Assembly (NCBI GenBank): GCA_054661495.1 | Contig: BAAFSQ010000249.1 | Coordinates: 1 to 14,421 of the forward strand | DNA from: Zygophlyctis sp. KS116 | Lineage: Eukaryota; Fungi; Chytridiomycota | Length of the DNA: 14,421 nt | Direction of reading: 5' to 3' | Shown: positions 8,763 through 14,421 of the stretch, piece after piece | Layout: each line of letters starts with the position of its first letter | Position numbering within the stretch: position 1 is the stretch's first letter | The notes under the pieces: model-generated | What the model was told of the DNA's origin: nothing | What the model saw: only the letters and a program-made list of their open reading frames with translations | Database searches by the model: none | Program-made: the position numbers and the translations under genes

Positions 8763-10094
8763 ATGAAACCAAAGTCTTGTACAATCATTCTACGATGCAT
8801 GAGTAATGCAGCTATAAAGGAAAATATTTTGATGAAATTTAAATCGGATTCAATGACTAATGTTCCTGAATCTATTTTATCAAAAACAAGGATTCGGTTG
8901 CACAATATTCCGAATTCTCCGCTCTGCATACTCAAAGAGAAAATTCAGAATTGGTTTGATAAGAGTGAAGAGGGGATTTATGAAAAAGTGTCAATGAAAA
9001 GTCCAATCGTCTCAATCAGAGATAATTTTGATGCTCTATTAATTCCTAAAAATCATATTTCTAGATCTAGATCTGATACATATTATATAAATTCTGATCA
9101 TGTTTTAAGGACTCATACATCTGCACATCAGTCAAGTTTACTATCGAGTAAAAGTTCAATGGGATATCTTGTGACCGCTGATGTTTATAGGAGAGATGAA
9201 ATAGATGCTACTCATTATCCAGTGTTTCATCAAATGGAAGGAATAAGGTACAGTTTCTTGAATGATTTGATTTTTCGCAAATTTAGTACTAACGGAAAAA
9301 GGTTGTTTTCAAGAAATGAATTGGAATTAGAAAAAATGACTCCAAAGATTAATGCACTTGCTGTAAAGAATTCTAGTATACAGGTAACAGATACGGAACT
9401 TTCTACTGAAAATGGATATCAATCGGGTCATTTGGTTTTAGAACAACCAGTGGTTACTAAACATTTAAAGAATCATTTGGAGGGTCTTTTTGCTCATCTT
9501 TTTCAGAGTGACAAGCAAGATTCTCCTCTTAAAATGAGATGGATTGAAGGGTATTTTCCTTTTACTCAGCCGAGTTGGGAATTGGAAGTTGAATTCAGAG
9601 GGAAATGGTTAGAAGTTTGTGGATGTGGAATGATTCAACAAAAGATATTAGAGTCTACTGGGAATCATGATCAAGTTGGTTGGGCGTTTGGTTTGGGCCT
9701 AGAACGGATTGCAATGGTTCTTTTTGATATTCCAGATATCAGACTTTTTTGGTCAAATGATGATAGATTTGTGTCGCAATTTGAATCTGGAAAGATTTCA
9801 AAGTTTGTTCCTTTTTCAAAGTATCCTTCTTGTTACAAGGATATAAGTTTTTGGTGTGACAAATCTTTTCATGATAATGATTTTTCTCAGATTATACGTG
9901 ATGTTGCAGAGGATTTAGCAGAATCTGTCTCGCTGATTGATACCTTTGTTCATCCAAAATCAGGAAAAACAAGCAAATGTTATAGAATTCAATATAGATC
10001 CTTTGAAAGGACTCTTGCGAATGATGAAGTGGATAAGCTACATGAAAATGTCGGGAAAATGCTAGTTAAAGTTTGGAATGTTGAAATACGCTAA
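8763..10094 (+). CDS. MSF1: Mitochondrial phenylalanyl-tRNA synthetase (monomeric, with C-terminal anticodon-binding domain), about 425 aa after splicing
   Basis: Motifs LRTHTSAHQ, DVYRRDEIDATHYPVFHQMEG, YFPFTQPSWELE, GWAFGLGLERIAM and a C-terminal FDX-ACB domain are present. A probable in-frame 54-nt intron at 9248-9301 (GTACAG...TACTAAC...AAAG) is read through by the ORF track. Confidence 0.95.
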   Translation: MKPKSCTIILRCMSNAAIKENILMKFKSDSMTNVPESILSKTRIRLHNIPNSPLCILKEKIQNWFDKSEEGIYEKVSMKSPIVSIRDNFDALLIPKNHISRSRSDTYYINSDHVLRTHTSAHQSSLLSSKSSMGYLVTADVYRRDEIDATHYPVFHQMEGIRYSFLNDLIFRKFSTNGKRLFSRNELELEKMTPKINALAVKNSSIQVTDTELSTENGYQSGHLVLEQPVVTKHLKNHLEGLFAHLFQSDKQDSPLKMRWIEGYFPFTQPSWELEVEFRGKWLEVCGCGMIQQKILESTGNHDQVGWAFGLGLERIAMVLFDIPDIRLFWSNDDRFVSQFESGKISKFVPFSKYPSCYKDISFWCDKSFHDNDFSQIIRDVAEDLAESVSLIDTFVHPKSGKTSKCYRIQYRSFERTLANDEVDKLHENVGKMLVKVWNVEIR

Positions 10095-10112
10095 AACTAA
10101 TCAAAAATTCTT

Positions 10113-11570
10113 TTATAACAATCTATCTTTTGGTTCTTTCCAAGGCTCCCCTTTCAATTAATTTTTGTAAAATCTTAATTACCTAGAGCTTCAAAGACTT
10201 CCATTTCCGTTTTACTGGCAATTCTATTTACAGAGCCATCATGTTCTACTAAGAACAACCCATGTTGACTTAATTTCATTCCTTTAGCCTTTGCCGATTG
10301 CCGTAAACGACGATTAAACAAGTCATTTCCAGTCCATTGAATCAATGTAGATCCCAGTTCATCAATGGGAACTATGACAATATCTATTCTTCGCCATAAT
10401 GATCCTGGAACATTCAACTTACAAAGTCCTTTATAAAGGTCATGATCGATAGAGAGGTCTGTAAGATGTATCATCTCCATGCCAAATTCTTCTATTTTCT
10501 GTAAAATCAGCTTCATTGAGTGACCAGATGACCATTTTGAATCCGAATGCGTGACTTTGATTTAGTTTAACCTCTTACTAACAAAATCCGCATCTCCAAA
10601 TTCAGACTCTTCTTTTCTAAAAGATCCCGCCATGAAAACCAAAAATCCAGAATCTACTTTTTTGATTGCGTCCGAAACTATTTTATGGATTTGAATCATT
10701 TCTTCGCACCCAATTTTTGTATTAATATCAGAGTAATACTTTAAACCAATCTTCTGATCATGAGTCAACTGCTCCTCATGCTTTTGCACATCCTCTAAAC
10801 TTCTCCAACCCATTTTATACCACTTACTGGCAATTGCATCACCCACACCATATATCCCCTTGAATAAATTAACTACTCTGTCAATCTCTTCAATATTTGG
10901 AATAGCTAATTTTCCTGATTTTAATATTTCGTCAATCTATATAATGTAAATTGGCAATACATACCTTTTCAGCAATCGATTTCCCAACATGTGGCAGCGT
11001 TTGTGCTTGTTTTCCAGACGTTATAATCTGATTTGAATCTATAATACTCTGTATAGCTTTTCTATAAGCCAAAACTTTAAATTTATCCTTTTTTAGTTTA
11101 TGATAATTCATGCGATTCACTAATTCTTGAATCAGTAAATCATTTGATTTAATAAGTGGTTCCTCCTGCATTCCTGAACCAGTTTTTGAATCTTGTTGGC
11201 GTTCTATAATATTAATAAGGGATCAAATATAAATCCTCTGGATGTTATACTTGATGAGAAACATCATTACTTTTAGCAGGTGAAATTACACGATTTACCG
11301 GCATCAATCGCCCATTCTCAATGCAGTCATCAATCCATCTGATATCAACCCAGTTCAAGTTATGATTGAATTTAACGGGAAGACCATTCTTTGATCTTGT
11401 ATTTGCACTTAGTACATAATCAACGTCATCTGAATATTGATCAACGATGGTGCCACCTTTTGTTAGAAAATTTCCTTACCAAAAGAGGACCATTTCTGAC
11501 TTAATAACTCTAGAAACTTTGACTCTATACTAGGCGATATCCATAGCTTTAATTTACTGAATAATGGCAT
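10113..11570 (-). CDS. Family X DNA polymerase (Pol4/lambda/mu-like) with N-terminal BRCT domain, about 427 aa, 6 exons
   Basis: ATG at 11570. Introns are 11479-11457 (23 nt), 11270-11204 (67, donor uncertain), 10964-10937 (28), 10578-10555 (24) and 10182-10151 (32). Motifs include BRCT (FGGTIV...WIDDCIENGRL), 8-kDa/HhH (AYRKAI, LPHVGKSIAEKI, IYGVG), catalytic GDADF and RRIDI, WTGN..FNR.LR, LSQHGL, and C-terminal EPKDR. Confidence 0.9.
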
Positions 11571-11773
11571 TGGAATGTACTAAAAAGTCTCTACTAAAGT
11601 TGGCCCGTTATAAGCTCGCAAAGTTAAACGATAAACACGAGCAGGCTCCTGTACAACAAGAACAAAAGCCGATGGACTTGGCAAGTATACAAAAGGATGG
11701 AGAAGAAAATATAGATTTGGATGATATTACTGCTTTTCTTGAAAATGATGTTGCATTGGATCCATGCTTATAG
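11564..11773 (+). CDS. Hypothetical 69-aa protein (basic N-terminal half, acidic C-terminal half)
   Basis: It is an ATG-TAG ORF filling an otherwise empty gap in a genome with tiny spacers, and the composition is protein-like. I recognise no family. It overlaps the PolX start by 7 nt. Confidence 0.4.
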   Translation: MALECTKKSLLKLARYKLAKLNDKHEQAPVQQEQKPMDLASIQKDGEENIDLDDITAFLENDVALDPCL

Positions 11774-11829
11774 AATTGCCGGAAGCTTCAAATTTGAATT
11801 TTTGAATGCGACAATTCATGGACAAACGA

Positions 11830-11861
11830 TGGAACAATAGCGGAACAACAGTGGAACAATA
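11830..11861 (+). repeat. Three tandem 11-nt units (YGGAACAAYAG) upstream of the helicase
   Basis: TGGAACAATAG CGGAACAACAG TGGAACAATA. Confidence 0.75.
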
Positions 11862-11938
11862 TGGGATGATCAGCATTCATGTATATAGAATATTTTAATT
11901 AGTAGCAGTAAAACTTGTTTTTTAAATCAAAGTAGAAA

Positions 11939-14126
11939 ATGGCTCCGGCTCTGAATGATCTTTTGAAACAATTAAGTCTTAAAAACAATACAAGACAATC
12001 GGATAATCACAGAGGTAGCTTAAATGGACTCAGATTACCTTCATTATCTTGCTTAACAGATCTTGATAATGGTCTCATGACTGTAAAATCTATGCCAAAA
12101 CCAAAAGAAATACCTCTGGTTTTTCATTCCTTAGAGCATTATATGGTTGTAATGCATGGAAATATAGAAGCTGAATATTATGAGGCAGTAAGTAATGCAA
12201 TTTCGGTTGCAAATTCACAGGAAGATTGTTGGCATTATTTTTCACAGAATAAGGAAGGTAACATGATAGTTCCGGACTTGAGAGCTGGAGCAAAGGATGG
12301 TAAAGCAGACGCTCAAAATGTTGAAAAGGAGTCTTGGACAAATCATATTATTCAAATTCAAGGGAGTATGGATTTATTGTTTGTTAAATACTTTAATGTT
12401 GAGACTGGTGAAGTTATTTTGCCGATTTCTGCTCTCACTGAAGAAGGACAAGTTCGTAGTTTGGGATATATTGGGAGTCATTTGTTACAATTTTCAAGCG
12501 TTTCCAGACTGACACTTTCGACATTGGTAAAAATGGTCTTGAATCCAAGCGTCTGTGAAGATTTAAAATGTGGGGATTCATATTTCCCCATCAGGGGAGA
12601 AGATTTGAAGGACCAGGAAACTCCCATCAATGATTCACAAGTAGAGGCCTTGTTGTCATTAAAAGGGGGCTTAGAAGTTATTCATGGACCTCCAGGAACT
12701 GGAAAGTCAACGACCATTTGGCATATAGTAAACTCTCTATTACTTCCAGGTATTTTGAATTTTACTAACCTATTCAGGATCTCAGTGTCTTATTACATGC
12801 TGTCGAAATCAGGCTGTTGAGGCCGTTATTGATAAAGTATCTTGTTTTGGTGCACTAGTGTTTGGAAATGATGATCGACTAGGACCAAAAGGGAAAATGA
12901 ATACACTTACAGGTCATTTGAAGCGTGACTCAGAAGTGTTATTTTGGGATCGTATTGGAAATATTTTATCCAGATTTCTCGAAAAATTCGATCGGATTGA
13001 ATCGCAATTATGGAGAGATCTCCGAATTTCTTATCAAGGCATTGCAAATCTGCAGAAAAATGGTAAAAAAACCGTGGAAGGTTCAAATGGTGCTCAATTA
13101 TGGTTTGATGCTCTAAAGAAGATTTTACCAGATATAGCTATGAGACTTCGACTATCTCCTGCTGAATTAAAGTTTTACAACATAGTGAAAAGAAAGTTGC
13201 GTGGATGGAAAGCTTTAGTTTCAAATATTGCTACTCATGTGCATTCTTTAAGAAAAACGCACATTCTTTCTCAAACTAGACTATATTTGTGCACTATAGA
13301 CTCTACTAGCAGAATGGCCAAGGCTCTTGCAGAACATGAAGTTGATTTGAAATTGGATACATGCATTGTTGATGAAGCTGGATGTGTTTTGGAAGTGTCT
13401 ATCCCTATACTGTTACGCTTTTGTCCAAATAATTTGCTTTTAATTGGTGATCATAAACAGCTTCAACCTTTTTCATCTGTTCAGGTTGATCAGCACCGAG
13501 TCACAAATCATACTCGAAGTCTTCTTGAAAGAGCTGTACTATGTGGAGTTAAGGCCAAAACGCTAACTATGCAGTACCGAATGCACCCTTCAATCTGTTC
13601 AATTGTCTCTGATTTATTTTATGAAAATCAGTTAACTACTAGCTCATCTATAGTGCGAGATAACAAGAATCCTTGTATTTGGTTTGATGGCCACTTTCAA
13701 GAGACTAAGCATGTTCGACGTGGCTATTCCAATTCTCTTGAGGCTGAAAAAGTTTTGGAGCTTGTAAAGATTTTGATTGAATCCAATCCAAAATCTACAA
13801 TATTCGTGATTACTTTCTACAATAAGCAGAGATTAGAAATTATGAAATTATTGGAGCGAGATGCATCCATTAAGAGTGAAATGAACAAGGATTTAATATC
13901 AGTCTTATCAGTTGACAAATGTCAAGGATCTGAAGCAGACTATGTGATATTATCAACTGTGCGCAGCTCTGGTGTAACAAAATTTCTCCAAGACAAAAGA
14001 CGAGTCTGTGTAGCATTGTCGCGAGCTAAACAAGGAATGTGGATTGTTGGAAATCATCAAAATTTTATGCTAAGAGGGGGATCAATGTGGAAGAAAATTA
14101 CAAATCATTTCACAAAGTTTGAATAG
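11939..14126 (+). CDS. Upf1/Sen1-like superfamily 1B helicase (DNA2/NAM7 family, AAA_11 + AAA_12), about 719 aa, 2 exons
   Basis: A 28-nt intron at 12750-12777 (GTATTT...TACTAAC...CAG) joins the two ORFs. Motifs: Q motif INDSQ, Walker A HGPPGTGKST, Ia CCRNQAV, II VDEAG, III IGDHKQLQP, QYRMHPSI, ITFYNKQ, SVDKCQGSE and RRVCVALSRAK. Confidence 0.92.
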
Positions 14127-14421
14127 GAAATTTTAATAGTCTAGAAATTGTTTTCGTTTCAATCATTTTTGACGATCCTCTATTCAATAATCCCAATTGA
14201 GATAAAAATGGTTCAAAGTATTTCTATTGGGGCATCACTGCCAATATATGGCACACCTGTCTTTGATAAGCATTCATCTTCTCTTCAATGATGTATGAAT
14301 GCCCATTTCGAGGGTCTTTATAAATGGTACCAACTGGAAGTCTATGATAAACTCATCCAAATTGATGCAATAATTCTTAAATAAATCCAGTCCAGTTTAA
14401 TATACAAGTTTTCTTAACATC

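Noticed and set aside
6416-13116. Small ORFs 6416-6658, 8741-8935, 12090-12341, 12297-12512 and 12925-13116
   Set aside because: They overlap well-supported genes on the antisense strand or in an alternative frame, with no independent evidence.
14107-14421. Possible 3' end of a minus-strand gene (…LPVGTIYKDPRNGHSYIIEEKMNAYQRQ, a possible 33-nt intron, then KYFEPFLSQLGLL…)
   Set aside because: All three frames contain stops, the splice model is not anchored by any recognisable motif, and the region is cut by the window edge. It could be a gene end or decayed sequence but cannot be supported here.

Overview
This is AT-rich, extremely compact eukaryotic nuclear DNA, most likely from an early-diverging fungus (inferred from the gene content and TACTAAC branch points). 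It is not prokaryotic: the fragmented ORF track is explained by about 20 GT-AG spliceosomal introns, 17 of them only 23-34 nt long. Reconstructed genes are an MRM1-like SpoU rRNA methyltransferase, CCT7, a TBL1/SIF2-like LisH-WD40 protein (-), a CYC8/SSN6-like TPR corepressor, mitochondrial GrpE (-), mitochondrial PheRS, a BRCT-containing family X DNA polymerase (-), a possible 69-aa protein and a compact Upf1/Sen1-like SF1 helicase. Two structural signals stand out. First, a near-identical 1.6-kb tandem duplication (period 1643 bp) has at its junction a 54-nt copy of CYC8 sequence from 4.6 kb downstream, with microhomology at both ends (a double template-switch signature). Second, the only long intron (165 nt) is almost entirely a fold-back of complementary simple repeats, leaving about 24 unpaired nt, which matches the size of the tiny introns. 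All gene models were spliced by hand and need RNA-seq confirmation.
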